From the human T2T-CHM13v2.0 reference genome, Homo sapiens: DNA of 64,000 bases. Location of the stretch: NCBI GenBank assembly GCA_009914755.4, contig CP086569.2, positions 23,008,001-23,072,000 on the forward strand, given 5' to 3'. Each line of letters begins with the position of its first letter. Within the stretch, counting starts at the first letter, position 1. The notes under the pieces are model-generated. The model made no database searches and was not told the DNA's origin. It worked only from the letters and a program-made list of their open reading frames with translations. Both the position numbers and the translations under genes were made by a program. Shown here piece by piece: positions 11,320-25,600 of the stretch.

Positions 11320-13570
11320 GTGGGGCCCCCCAGGAACCCTGTTCCACATAGGTGTAGGATGTGGTTCTCAGCAGGGCAAGGCCCGCAGGCCTCTCCTGGA
11401 GTTGCCCCCAGAGTTGACGGGTGCCGGGGGGGTGGGGTGGGAGGCACAGGCTTTGCTCTGTTGGAGCCTCAAGGAGGGCACCATGTTAAGGCTGGAGGCT
11501 GTGCAGGAGAGGATGGTCTGTGCACAGAGCAGGAAGACAACCCTGCGGGGAGAGGCATGCTAGTGGGGGATGACATCATTGCAGAGATGGAGGTGGTGGC
11601 CAAGGAGGAAGGCCAATGTGGAGCCACAGCAGGAGGACCTGCAGGCACAGCCTGGCCCTGGCCCCAGTACGCCCCGGCCAGCAACAGACTCGCTGGACGT
11701 CCTTCACTTGGAGCTCGGCTACGTGAATGTCCCAGGCCACAGGGCATCCCCGGCTTCTGGGCCAGAGCCATATCCTTGCAGCTGCCAATTCGGGATGGTT
11801 GGCAGCAGGGGATGGGCGCGGAGCTCCCGGGAGCGGAGGTGGGGGGAAACAAGGTGGTAGGCACTGGCGGTCAGCCAGGATTCAGGGCATGGGGGACAAC
11901 AAGGGGAACTGAGAACAGGCTCATGCAGATAGGAGGGCAGCTTAATTGCATGTGCCCTGAGGGCATGTGGTAGGGACAGGAAGCCAAGCACAGCACTCAC
12001 CAGGGAGAATAGCAGCGCCAAGGACCCATCATAACAGCAGAAAGTTGAAGGATACGATTCACCGGGAAAGTCCCTGGAGGAAGGGGAGTCTGCATGCCCA
12101 TGCCAGCCACGGAACTTCCCTGCTCCCCTTGCCTGTGTCCAGCAAGCTTACCCCAGAAACACAAGGTGCTCAAGACTCGGTGTCACTGTGCACGGGGCTG
12201 CTGTCCTATGCAAGGCAGGCACTATCTCCCCAGACACAATTTCTTCCCTCTGCCAGCGCTGCACCCAAAGATGTTTAGGCCCTGAGTATATATAAGCTCC
12301 CTTGAAACCACTCGAGCTCCACGGGGAGAGCCAGGCACAGCCCCGTAGCTACTTCTACCCACAGCGGTTGCCTGGGGTGGACACGTGCACCCCTCAGGGA
12401 GACCAGGAGAAGGAGAGACCGCACACCCAGACAGCAGCAGAGCCTGTCCAGCACCCAGCACAGGAGGGCCTCCTGCAGCTCAGAAACGCCGAGCAAGTAG
12501 TCGCCTCACACAACAACACCCCGCCCCCAACCCCCTGCCCACTTCTTCAGTGCCAGTCCCTGGTCAGAGCAGGTTGTCTGGGCCTGCCTCCACCCACCAC
12601 CAAGACCACCACAGCTCTGATGGTGCCCTCCACGCCAGACAGAGACAGAGGACCTGGAAGGGAAGGTGCCCTGCCCCACACTCTCCGTGCTCTTGCAAAG
12701 TTGCAGGGTGTTTCCTTGCACGCCCACCCAATCATCCGGCGGCTCCTTGACCAGAGGCAGATTGTGCGGCACACCGAGATGTTGGCCGGGATCACAAATG
12801 ATGATGAAGTCCTGCTAAGCTACGTACGTGATGGATTTGCAGGTCAGGCTAAGGAGCCTGAGTCTTCGGGAGGGGTCTGGTGTCTGGGTCAGGTTGAGGT
12901 ACCCCTGGGACCCGGGGGTGTCTCAATGAGAGAGTTGGGAAGGAGAAACACATGCTTCACCCCAGCTAACAGGTCACCTCACCCCAGCTACATGAAATGC
13001 TCCTTTGAGTACGTCCTCTTTCTCCTTCTTGGCCAGGTAAGGGGAGGAAAGCAACTCTTCCGGGTACCGGCAGCAGGATGAAGTTTTCCTTTTATCACAG
13101 TCTCTACTTCCACAATGAAGTGATCATTCAGGAGTACTGCCTTGGCATCCTCGGTAAGGAGCGCCTCCCAGCATGGTAGGGGAGCTGGTGTGTGGGAGGG
13201 TAGGTCTGGCATGAACCTTCCTGACTCCTCTCTCTGCAGGATACGGGATGTCTCATTCCACTGCAGTCTAGTGGTTGTGGGATCATGAAGGTCAAGCCTC
13301 CAGCTGCAGGCCGTACAGCTCCTACCTGACCTTCTTCAGCTGGTTGGCTGACCATGACTGCCCAGGTTCTGGCAGGATTGCTGAGGTGAGCGCCAGGTAG
13401 GGCATCATGGGAAAGGATCTTGCTGGTCATTCCTTGGCCTCTGGGGAACTGGCTTTGAGCCATGACCTGAACTAACCTGTACCCACTTCTGCAGGCCCCC
13501 AGATCATCAGCCAGAACCTGTAGCTCAATCCCCTGCAGTACTTCTCCAGGGAGGGAGGCCATTAGAGAGT
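11320..13570 (+). pseudogene. TSPY-family pseudogene with a TSPY-like six-exon layout (exon 1 ~11320-11775; later exons ~12761-12842, 12973-13036, 13101-13153, 13240-13385, 13503-~13570)
   Basis: Translations match TSPY motifs. DDIIAEMEVVAKEEG aligns with DDIMAEVEVVAEEEG. QAQPGPGPSTP..LDVLHLELGYVN aligns with QQAVPGPGPMTPES..LLAVQVELEPVN. IPGFWA aligns with VPGFWA. ITNDDEVLLSY aligns with ITDEDEDMLSY. LYFHNEVIIQEY aligns with PYFQNKVITKEY. SHSTAV*W..LTFFSWLADHDCPGSGRIAE aligns with [41 protein letters not shown] aligns with ILCKDLWRNPLQYY. Good GT/AG sites flank the exons. Frameshifts lie between blocks, and there are in-frame TAG codons at 13269-13271 and 13521-13523. Confidence 0.75.
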
Positions 13571-14741
13571 GAACAGAGAGGAGGCCAGGTGAACAGTCTA
13601 GGGCTGGGGACTGAGAGACCTTTGATTCCTGGAGTTGTGCCCCACATGGAGAATCCAAGCCTCAGGGAGGTGACTGCAGTGAGCGATCCCACGCCATCCA
13701 TGGGCTGGCGGAGAAATGGCCATCAAAGAACTTTAACACCCACATTTTGGGATTGGGGCACCTTCAGCCGCCTAAGAGGAATAAGTGTCTAAGGTCAGTG
13801 GGTGAGAAGCAAGGCTCAAGTGGTAGCTGTCTCATCATCCCTCACCGGCTGAGGCCTGAGGCCGGCTACCACTTGGGGCTCAGTTTGGGCTCAACCAGGG
13901 CCCTCTCACCCTCCACGCAGATATCCTCCCAAGGCCCCTCTCTACGTCCTCCCTGATGGGCTGTCCCAGGCCCATCATTTTTTGTTACAATGATCCCAGG
14001 CTTCCCTGAGATGCTTTCTGCCCTCCGCCATCATCACTCACACTGCGCTGCCCCACCCTGCCCCACCAGACAAGAGAGGCCACTACTCAGGGAATCTGGA
14101 AAACCACACTGGGCTCACAGAGGAGGAAATGTGAAGAGATGGCAAAATGAATGAGCCCTTCATTGTGTGTCCAGGGAGGAAACCTGGCTGAGAATTAAGG
14201 CCCACCTGAGTAGTGGTGTGGACACCGAGTGTTACTTATCATGATGAAGATCTGCTTTGTCACATCCCCTAATATTAATGTGGAAGTTATTTTCTTGGAA
14301 TAGTGAAACAATGAGGACAAAGAAATAGTGTTTGTTCAGATTTGTATAGAAATACTGCAGACGCATCCATTTTCCATTACAATTCTTATGTGAGACTTGA
14401 AGTGTTTATTGAGTTTTAAGATACATTTTGATTGTTCTGCCCCTGGGAAATTTTATGATCATGTTTGTATGATCATAGATTCTATGTAGAGACATAGAAT
14501 CCGGAAAAGTTTTGAGTGACTTTCAGCTTCTTTTACAGTACTTACTTGTAAATTTTGAATTTTTTCCCTTATAGTTCTCTTCAGTTTATTATTTTAATTT
14601 TATATGTAAGGTGATAAATTTGTTTTGTTATTTGCCTTTTGTGGAAACTTCGTTTTAAAGTACTTTTTTTCTGTTAGATATGTGAGTTTATGAGTACAAA
14701 ATTTTTATTTTCATTTTTTAGTTTTTTTGGGGTGTCTGTGT

Positions 14742-15027
14742 GTGTTTTGAGGAGCATTGCTCTGCCACCCAGCCTGGAGTGAAGTGGTAGGATCTTGGCT
14801 CAACCTCAACCTCTGCCTCCTGGCTTCAAGCCATTACCCTGCCTCAGCCTTCTGAGGAGCTGGGATTACCGGTGCATGCCACCATGCCCAGCTAATTTTT
14901 GTATTTTTCATCAAGACTGGGTTTCACCATATTTGCCAGGCTGGTCTCCAACTCCTGACCTCAAGTGATTCACCCACTTCTGCCTGCCAAACTGCTGGGT
15001 TTACATCGTGAGCCACCATGCCCGGCC
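14742..15027 (-). mobile_element. Alu SINE
   Basis: Reverse-complement Alu: ..cagcctggagtgaagtgg..ggctcaacctcaacctctgcctcc..gctgggattaccggtgcatgccaccatgcccagctaattttt..gtgagccaccatgcccggcc. Confidence 0.85.
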
Positions 15028-15398
15028 TCATTTATTTGTTTACGTATTTGAAGCCTTGTTCTATTCTCTTCATGTACACATATTTTAGAGTGATTGAAAG
15101 AATGTATTTTATTTATTTAGTCAATAGTAGAATTTTAAAAGTAATGTTTTTATTCAGTAAATACAGTATTGTGAATAGGTTAAACCTTGTATAGTATTGT
15201 CATTCTCTCTTTCATAAATTCTTCAAGAACTCTAATACCATTTCCGGCCCCCGCCCCCTGAAGAGCACATGCAGATAACCCCAAAGATATGCTCCCACAC
15301 AGTTTATGCAGTTTATTCACTTTAAAGCAATGCACTAAAAATGTCTAGATGGGTCCAAAAAATTGTGGAAGTGAGTGGGTATGAAAATATAATTTGAA

Positions 15399-15691
15399 GG
15401 CCAGGTGGGGTGGCTCACGCCTGTAATCCCCACACTTTGGGAGGCCAAGCCTGGTGGATTACCAGATGTCAGAAGTTCAAGACCAACCTGGTCAACATGG
15501 TGAAACCCCATCTCTACTAAATATTCAAAAATTAGCTGGGTGTGGTGGCATGTTCCTGTAATCCTAGCTATTTGGGAGGCTGAGGCAGGAGAATCGGTTG
15601 AACCGGAGAGGCGGAGGTTGCAGTGAGCCAAGATCATGCCACTGCACTACAGCCTGGGTCACAAGAGCAAAGATTTGTCTCCACCACCCCA
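15399..15691 (+). mobile_element. Alu SINE
   Basis: ggccaggtggggtggctcacgcctgtaatcccc..gggaggctgaggcaggagaatcggttgaacc..ccactgcactacagcctggg. Confidence 0.9.
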
Positions 15692-15692
15692 C

Positions 15693-17310
15693 ACCCCCCA
15701 AAGAAAGCCTCAAATTTACATAAACATAATTATCTTAAAAGCCAGCATAATTTTAATTTCACTGTAGTCATCAGTTTCAGACATTGTTTATTTTGGAGAA
15801 GTGATTACAGAAATTAGAAAAATCGAGGCCTGATGAGAATATTTAAATTAACCACACTCCAGAAGCTCAAAGCTGAAAAACTAAGGTATTTCTGATATAA
15901 CAGCCCAAATTCTGCATTTCCTCTCTATTGGACAGTGTAATATTGCACATATGAAAAAAAATGCAGTGTTAAATAAAAAGTAGTGGAATTAAGAGGAGTC
16001 ATTGCTTAGTGAATTAAAACAACACACAAATTGAGAAGAAAAGACAGTGATAGAAAATATATTGTCTATTGATTTAATTCACAATAATTTTCACTTTTGT
16101 CTATTAGCATTAAATAGTACCATTAACATAATATCATTTTGATATTGTCTTCTAACATGTAAGTGGTTTTTATTTTGTATATTTGGAAACCTGATCAAAG
16201 ATTCTTTAGACATTTCATTTTTTCCCAAATTTCCTAGCTAATATCTAGCTAAATGCTAGTTGCCCGAATGCCTCTCACTAAGTCGTTTGTCTTTTCTCAT
16301 TAATTTTAATACGAACTTGGTGTGTATTTTGTTGGCATCTTTACTAAATCTACAGGTGTTGAAGTTGTGCAGATTTTAGTCATGGATCCTCTTGAGTTTT
16401 CTCAAGGCTAAAACACCCTTTCTATGCTTACCATTAAGAAATTCCCAACTTCAGGCCAGATCTTTGTTCTACCTTCACACTTGGCATATCCAACTGCATG
16501 CCTTACATCTCCACATACCAAACCAGACCTTCATTTCATCCCCAAAACATGTTTCCTCCTACAGTATTCCACTATTTCAGAAATTCACAGCACCAAATAC
16601 TCTGTATTTCAAGCTAGAAATGTAGAGGATGATCCTTGAGGCAGCCGCTTCTCAATGAGTCTCCATCATTCATATCCAACTCTTCACAGGTTGTATGTCC
16701 CCTCTGAGAATTACATAGTCTTAGTAAATAAAGACTGGCTCATAAGTTACCTTCAATCATCCACTGTTTTTTCTTCAATTCACGCCAGTTTCTCTAGAGA
16801 ACAGCTGGAGCTCTGCAATGTCAATGTTGGAGTAAGAATCATTCTCTGTCAGTATTACTATGTTATTTATCACAAGAGAAATGTTCCTTTAAAATGCCCA
16901 CACAAACCTATAGTAACACAGTTAAATGATGTCTTTGTTTTACGGAAAAGTACAAGCCAAATAAAATAAATTGTTATTATATGATCTTTATAACTACAAA
17001 CACAGGTACTAGATATTTTAGACCCCACTTCATACATCTGAAATTTGAGTCTCAAAATCATCATCTTTTCTTAAAGTCTAATTTCAAATTACAAAACTAC
17101 CTCTTTCCACAATATCATGCTATCTCCCTTTAAGATCCAGCTGGGGAATCATTAAGAATAAGAAATGTAATTTTCTTCAACATCTCCTAGCTGAGCCAAA
17201 ATCTAAATTTTCTGTGGAGATCTTGTTATGTGCAATTTCGCCAAAACTTTTACAGCTTTAACCACAGTTATGCTTCAGTGGCCTACCTGTTCATGCAATA
17301 CCTGCACACC
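15693..17310 (+). repeat. Copy A of a >=1.6 kb direct duplication; its partner is at 62383-64000
   Basis: Collinear alignment at ~90% identity over >1.6 kb, for example both copies contain ..cttaaaagccagcataattttaatt..gtcagacattgtttattttggagaagtgattacagaaat.. The partner runs to the window edge, so the full extent is unknown. Confidence 0.85.
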
Positions 17311-17786
17311 TGCTTTAACATAGAAAAATTTGGAAGTTAATATGAGCATTAACTCTTATCATTATAGACAATGACATCTGAAGATGCTTTCCAATCTTCC
17401 TCGAATATATGAAATTCAAAATGTCAGTACAATATCCAAATTGTCAACGTAATCTTAGTAGCAGTGGATCATTTACAGAAGATAATTTTGCCTCAGTGGT
17501 CAAATATTTTTGTTAAATACTGCTATCTTATAGTCATGTATAGCATAACTGACACAGGTGTATAGCTAGAAATAGGATCCTAAAGAAAATGTTCAGAAAT
17601 AGGTTTCATATATTTTGCTGAATTTCAAACTAACAGGTTAATTAGTACTCTGAAGTGTTGGATAGTTGGAGTAGTATTTACCAAGAATGAAAAAGAAGAT
17701 AGGGGCATACAAATTGAGAATCCTGAAGTTAGGAAAAGATAAAGTATTTGTTCCTGACTCCTGGCTTGATGTTCTTCACGTGTGGC

Positions 17787-17865
17787 TTATTTTTGGGGTC
17801 TTTTTTTTGGTTCTGTTTTTGGTTTTGTTGTTTTTGTTGTTGTTGTTTTACTGTATCTTATTTGT
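17787..17865. repeat. T-rich / (TTG)n low-complexity tract
   Basis: ttttggggtcttttttttggttctgtttttggttttgttgtttttgttgttgttgtttt. Confidence 0.8.
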
Positions 17866-18120
17866 CAGACCAGAGTTTCACAAGCATCCTCAAATAATTA
17901 CGTGGGTCATAAAATATATACCCAGATACTTCTAGCTATTTTCCTTCAAAATCCCGGTCCAATCATCTGAAATGAGACCTGTAGAACCAGTAATTCTCAC
18001 AAGTATGCTAAGTGGTTATTACTAAAACAACAGTTCTGAAATACTTAGAAAACCATCCAGGAGCTAGGTAATCAACATTTAATAATTGGTTCTTACTGTA
18101 AGAGTAAAGGATTTTATTGA

Positions 18121-18468
<348 letters not shown>

Positions 18469-18794
18469 CCAGTGCTTTCTAATTAGTATCTTTAAAGTAT
18501 GTTTTGCTAATATCTTACTTAGTAGTAATATCTTACTTACTAGTATATAAGTAATATAGTATAATAAGTAATATCTTACTTATTAGTATCTGAGAACAGA
18601 TACTAATTTTCTAATTAGTATCTTTAAAGTATGTTTACATGTGAGGTGTTAAATTTGTTTTCTTATTTGCCCCTTCCAGAACTTTCATTTTCAAGGATTT
18701 TTTTTTTCTGTTAGATATGGGAGTTAGCCTGTGAGCACTTTTTCTAATACAGATTTTTTTTATTCATTAGTTTTTGGGGCGTATGTGTGTGTTT

Positions 18795-19075
18795 GTTTGT
18801 TTCCAGATGGAGTCTCACTCCGTCATCCAGGCTGGAGTGAAGTGGCAAAATCTTGGCTCACTGAAACCTCTCCCTCCAGCTTCACACGATTCCCCTGCCT
18901 TAGCCTTCCGAGGAGCTGGGATTACAGGCATATGCCACTATGTCCTGCTAATGTTTGTATTTTTAGTCGAGACTAGTTTCACCATATTTGCCAGGCTGGA
19001 TTCGTACTCCTGTGATCCGCCTGCACCAGCCTCCCAAAATGCTGGGCTTCCAGGTGTGAGCCACCATGCCCAGGC
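18795..19075 (-). mobile_element. Alu SINE, inside the local duplicate of the 14.6-15.1 kb segment
   Basis: Reverse-complement Alu motifs. The flanks on both sides also align to 14590-14740 and 15030-15110. Confidence 0.8.
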
Positions 19076-20518
19076 TCATTTGTTTATGTATTTTAATCAT
19101 TGTTCTATTTTCTTCATGTACACGTATTTTAGAATAGAATGGTCCAAGTGGGGCTTAGTCATCTTCGGGATTCTGCCCAAGCTCAGACTGTCAGCACTGA
19201 CCATGCCATACCCTACCTAGCTCCCAAGGTACCTCTAGGACCTAGGTTGATCTTCCTGAAGCAGCCACTACATTTTCGACCCCTAGTCTTTCCTCTATGC
19301 TCGGAGGAAAGTCTGGAACAGGAGAAATTTATACAACTATATGATTGTTGGCTACCTAATTGATTCCTTATGAAGGTTGGGTAATGAAGAAGACACTGGG
19401 ATGAAAGAGAAGCATGTTTGGAAAGAAAATAGTTTCCTCTCTTGAATAATAAAAAACGTACACATATTTAGAATAGAATGCTACTGTGGGTTTTGTAACA
19501 AAGAAACTAATAATACCAAGAGATGGTAACCATAATTTAAGAAACTTTTTCTAAAATATACATAACATAAAATATCTTTACCTTCAGATGATGTTTTTAC
19601 TGTTAGGATATTCATCAGAAAAGAAAACATTGAAAAGATAAATTAAAATATTATGCAGACACAAACAGCTCTATATTGGTATGGTATAGTTTATGAACTA
19701 AGCAGTTCATAAGTGTGAGTATAGAATGTATAGACTTTAATTTGTTAAAATTAATATAAAGCACTTAAAAAGTGGCTTATAATAAGCATTTTTTTAAGAA
19801 CTGTTCTTTACAATTCTGATATGCACAATTTATAGACAAACTCAGAAAAATAAGTTTGGGTTGCATTGTGTAGATATTTAAACCTATTTTCTTATGTTAC
19901 ATTTTTATTTTGCCGCAAAATTCATAGAATGTAATAGATGGGGGAGAATAACTTAATGGACACTATAGTCTGTCAGTTAATAAAATATTTTTTTCAGGAA
20001 TATAAATGGTATTTATTTTACTAGAGCTCTGTTAATTAAGGATGTTATTTATTATACACAAACTGAGGACAGAGAAACCGCCTATGTGTGTATATTGTTT
20101 CTGTTAATTTTGGAAGTTTGGGTCAAATCACTACATTTATCTCATAAGCAAATAAAATAAGCTGTTCAAATATTATATTACAACCAAAAAGGGAAGATAC
20201 AAGATTAAGATGACAAAACTTTACATTCCTAATTGACTTATTTTTCTTGCTTTCTTTTGATGTTATTTTACTTATTATTGCTTGTTTCTTATAGATTTCT
20301 TTAAAATTCAGTTATTGCTTTTCTCCTTTGTGCATTATTTTATGAAATAAGCAGACACCATGTAGAGTGAGCTTATTGCTAATATTTGAGAGGGGGATGA
20401 AATATGGATGACTATTTCATAATAAAAATACTTTTTTAAGGTTGATCAGACTACCACAACTCAAAAAAGTAAAAAATGAAAATTATATAGAACATATTTT
20501 GGCATTTTAAATTTTTTT

Positions 20519-22439
<1,921 letters not shown>

Positions 22440-23295
22440 CTGAACACACATTTCTGGAAAGAAGACATACAAGTGGCAAACAGGTATCTGAAAAGGTGCT
22501 CAATATCATTGATCATCAGATAAATGCAAATCAAAACTATAATGAGATATCCTCTCACTACAGTTAAAATTGCTTTTATTCAAAAGACAGGCAATAGCAA
22601 ATGGTGGTGAGGGTGTGGCGAATATGGAACCCTCACACACTGTTGGAGGGAATGGAAGTTAGTACAATCACTATGGAAAACAGTTTGGAAGTCCCTCAAA
22701 AAAGTAAAAATAGAGCTACCATATGATCCAGCACTCCCGTTTCTAAATACATACCTAAAAGAAAGGAAATCGGTATATTGAAGAGATATCTGCACTCCCA
22801 TGTTTATTGTAGCACCACTCACAATAGCCAAGATTTGGAAGGAAACTAAGTGTCTATCAACAGAATAATGGATGAAGAAAATGTGGTACATATATGCAAG
22901 AGGGTACTATTCAGCCATAGAAAAATGAGATCTTGTCATTTGCAACAATATGGATGGAACTGGAGGTCATTATGTTAAGTGAAATAAGCCATGCACAGAA
23001 AGACAAACATTGCATGTTCTCACTTACCTGTGGGAGCTAAAACTTAAAACAATTGAACTCATAGTGATAGAATGTAGATGGATGGTTGCAAGAGGCGGGG
23101 AAGGATAATCAGGAGTTGGAAGGTGGAGGGGCAGGGTACATGGTTAATCAGTATAAAAAATAGAATAAAGAAGATGTAGTTTTTGCTAGCACAACAGGGT
23201 GACTATATTAAAAAATAATTTAACTGTTCATTTAAAAATAGCTAAAAGTATAATTAAATTATATATTACATTTAAATAATTGAATTACATAAAAA
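22440..23295 (+). mobile_element. Older L1 (L1M/L1PB-type) 3' end
   Basis: ..gaagacatacaagtggcaaacaggtatctgaaaaggtgctcaatatcattgatcatcagataaatgcaaatcaaaactataatgagatatcctctcac.., which is a diverged L1 ORF2 C-terminus and 3'UTR. Confidence 0.8.
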
Positions 23296-24059
23296 ATTTT
23301 CCTTTTCTTTTTTTTTTTTAATTCAAAATTTCTTGGGCCACTCTTCCTTTTATTTATGTTATGCTTCTCTTTGCCTACTTCCTTTGCGGCTCTCACAGTG
23401 GTGGTATATCCGTGTTTCTAAGTTTTATAGCTGGGTACGCCACTAGCCTCAACTGTTCCTTCAGCTCGTGGTGACAGAGGGTGGCGCGCAGGCAGTTTCT
23501 CAGAAAATCAGGAAAATTAGGCAAAAAATTCTTAATTTTAAGCAGAGAGGACATGTTTGTATCTCAGGTGAAAGAATTAATGTCTACATCATCTCCTGCG
23601 AATAGAGGAAATGTGTTAATTCAGACCATTTTTCTCAGGCTTTTTTTGGCAAATGTTAAGAAAGGTTATAATTGTTATTATGTGTGGATTTATGTTTATG
23701 GGTATAACTGATTTCTTGGCAGGAGTACAAAGACCACGAAGTTTTTGGATTTTTTCTATAAAAGGCGATGGGTTTTCAATGTGTGGGTGTTGAATTATGG
23801 GAGGAAACAGTAGGGAGAGGACTCTTTACTGCTTTACTTACTACGAAACTTACTTTCGTTAAACTCGCTGCTTTTTCTTGAGTATTCTTCCCTTTACTAT
23901 CGGACGTGCCCGACATGTGGGCAAGTTGTGGGAGATGGAGCTAGGGCGCCATTTTTCTCATGTGCACTTTTTGTTAAAGCGGTTTTTCTCTGTGAATGTG
24001 GTCCTAATTCAAATATATAGGCAATATACTTAACCACTGTGATTAAAAACTTGTACTTT

Positions 24060-24327
24060 GGCCTGGCGCGGTGGCTCATGCTTGTAATCCCAGCACCTTG
24101 GGAGGCCGAGGTGGGCGGATCTTGAGGTCAGGAGATCGAGATCAGAGTGAAACCCCGTCTCTACTAAACATACAAAAAATTAGCCGGGCGTGGTGGTGGG
24201 TGCCTGTAGTCCCAGCTACTTGGGAGGCTGAGGCAGGAGAATGGCGTGAGGCGGGGCTTGCAGTGAGCCCAGATCGTGCCACTGCACTCCAGCCTGGGCG
24301 ACCGAGCGAGACTCCGTCTCAAAAAAA
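24060..24327 (+). mobile_element. Alu (AluY/S-like) with a short internal deletion
   Basis: ggcctggcgcggtggctcatgcttgtaatcccagcaccttgggaggccgaggtgggcggatc.., then ..gagatcagagtgaaaccccgtctc (the middle piece is missing), then ..gcactccagcctgggcgaccgagcgagactccgtctcaaaaaaa. Confidence 0.9.
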
Positions 24328-24744
24328 CACCTTGTAGTTTTACTTATCACATGTCAAATTTATGATTTGCTTGACAGGAATTATGAAATTTTGACCTAAA
24401 TTGCATTACTTTAGTGTATGAGGAAGTCTGGGGCCATAAATAATCTCAGTTTAAATTTGTTTCCGTAAAACCTTTAATTGTCTCCTTCCTTGTATGACAG
24501 TATTTGAAACATGTTTCATGTATGTCTGGCACCGTAAATAATTTAAACCGAATAAGTGGGTGTAATCCAGATAAATGGTGATAGATAGCTTAAAACGGAG
24601 ACAAAATAAATGCGTTTAAGTTATTCTATTAACTTGCCACACTGACTTACTCTTGTAATTCCTACCATTGGGAAGAGGAGATGTGAGGATGGCTTGAAGT
24701 CACGAGTTGGAGACCAGTCTGCGAACATAATGAGCCCTTTAATC

Positions 24745-25226
24745 TATTGCCATTTTGGCGCCAGGGACCGGTTTAGTGGAAGCTATTTTTTCACAGAAAA
24801 GAGGTGGGTAGGGGGAGAAGGTGGTGAGGTGGACACCTTGGGGAGGTGGGGGGCGGCCGTTCCAGGAGGAGTACAGTGTAGGAAGGGGTTTCAGGCCAGA
24901 GCAGTGTGACGGGGGGCAGTGGTGGGACAGCGGGGCTGCGAGGGGGACAGGGCAGGCCAGCGGGGAATAGGGAGGATGGATTCTGGATGAAACTGTTCCA
25001 CCTCAGGTCACACTCAGGCATTACAATCTTCTAGGGAGAGCGCCACCTAGATCCTCGTATGCGCAGTTCACAGTAGGGCCCTTACTCCTGTGAGAACCCA
25101 ATGTCTTCGCTGATCTGACAGGAGGCGGGGCTCAGGCAGTGCCAGAGGTTCACCACCTGTTCTGCAGCCAGGTTCCTAACAGGCCACAGACAGATACCGG
25201 TTGGAGACCAGGGTTTGGGGATCCCT
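24745..25226 (+). mobile_element. MER1-type (hAT) nonautonomous DNA transposon with a GC-rich expanded 5' region
   Basis: ggcgccagggaccggtttagtggaag..ggatgaaactgttccacctcaggtcacactcaggcattacaatcttctagggagagcgccacctagatcctcgtatgcgcagttcac..gatctgacaggaggcggggctcaggcag..gttcctaacaggccacagacagataccggttggagaccagggtttggggatccctg. Confidence 0.6.
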
Positions 25227-25331
25227 GATCTATTGTATATTTCAAATCACTAAAATGTAAAACATTTGAAATGTTCTCCCCCAAGGAAGCATGTATTTTA
25301 GTTAGCTTGATTTAATCATTTATTAAAATAT

Positions 25332-25600
25332 CAAGCTGGGCGTGGTGGTTCACCCTTGAAATCTCATCACCTTGGTAGCACCAGGCCAGAAGATAGCTTG
25401 AGCCCAGGAGTTTGAGACTAGGTTGGGTACCACGGGGAAACCCATGTCTATTAAAGAAAGACACAAAAAAGTGCCTACTAGCTCTGGTAGTGAGTGCCTG
25501 TAGCTTACCCATTAGATGAGACGTGGGAGGATCACTTGAGGTTCGGTAGAGGAGGCTGCAGTGAGCGGTGCACTTTGGCAACAGAAAAATTACATATCAA
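25332..25600 (+). mobile_element. Old Alu (AluJ-like)
   Basis: aagctgggcgtggtggttcaccc..gcttgagcccaggagtttgagac..gcctgtagc..gggaggatcacttgagg..gctgcagtgagc. Confidence 0.65.

Noticed and set aside
10537-13658. Several long overlapping ORFs on both strands (10537-11016, 11320-11973, 12302-13081, 13128-13658 minus, and others) that might suggest novel proteins
   Set aside because: They sit in GC-rich sequence, where stop codons are rare by chance. They overlap each other in different frames and on both strands. The only genuine coding similarity, to TSPY, is split across frames and exons. A CpG-island promoter plus a TSPY-like pseudogene explains them.
16424-16639. Paralogous small ORFs 16424-16639 and 63116-63310 (MLTIKKFPTSGQIFVLPS..), which might suggest a conserved micro-protein
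   Set aside because: They are a by-product of the ~90% identical segmental duplication. Substitutions are spread evenly with no codon-position bias that I can see, and the region is AT-rich with no splice or promoter context.
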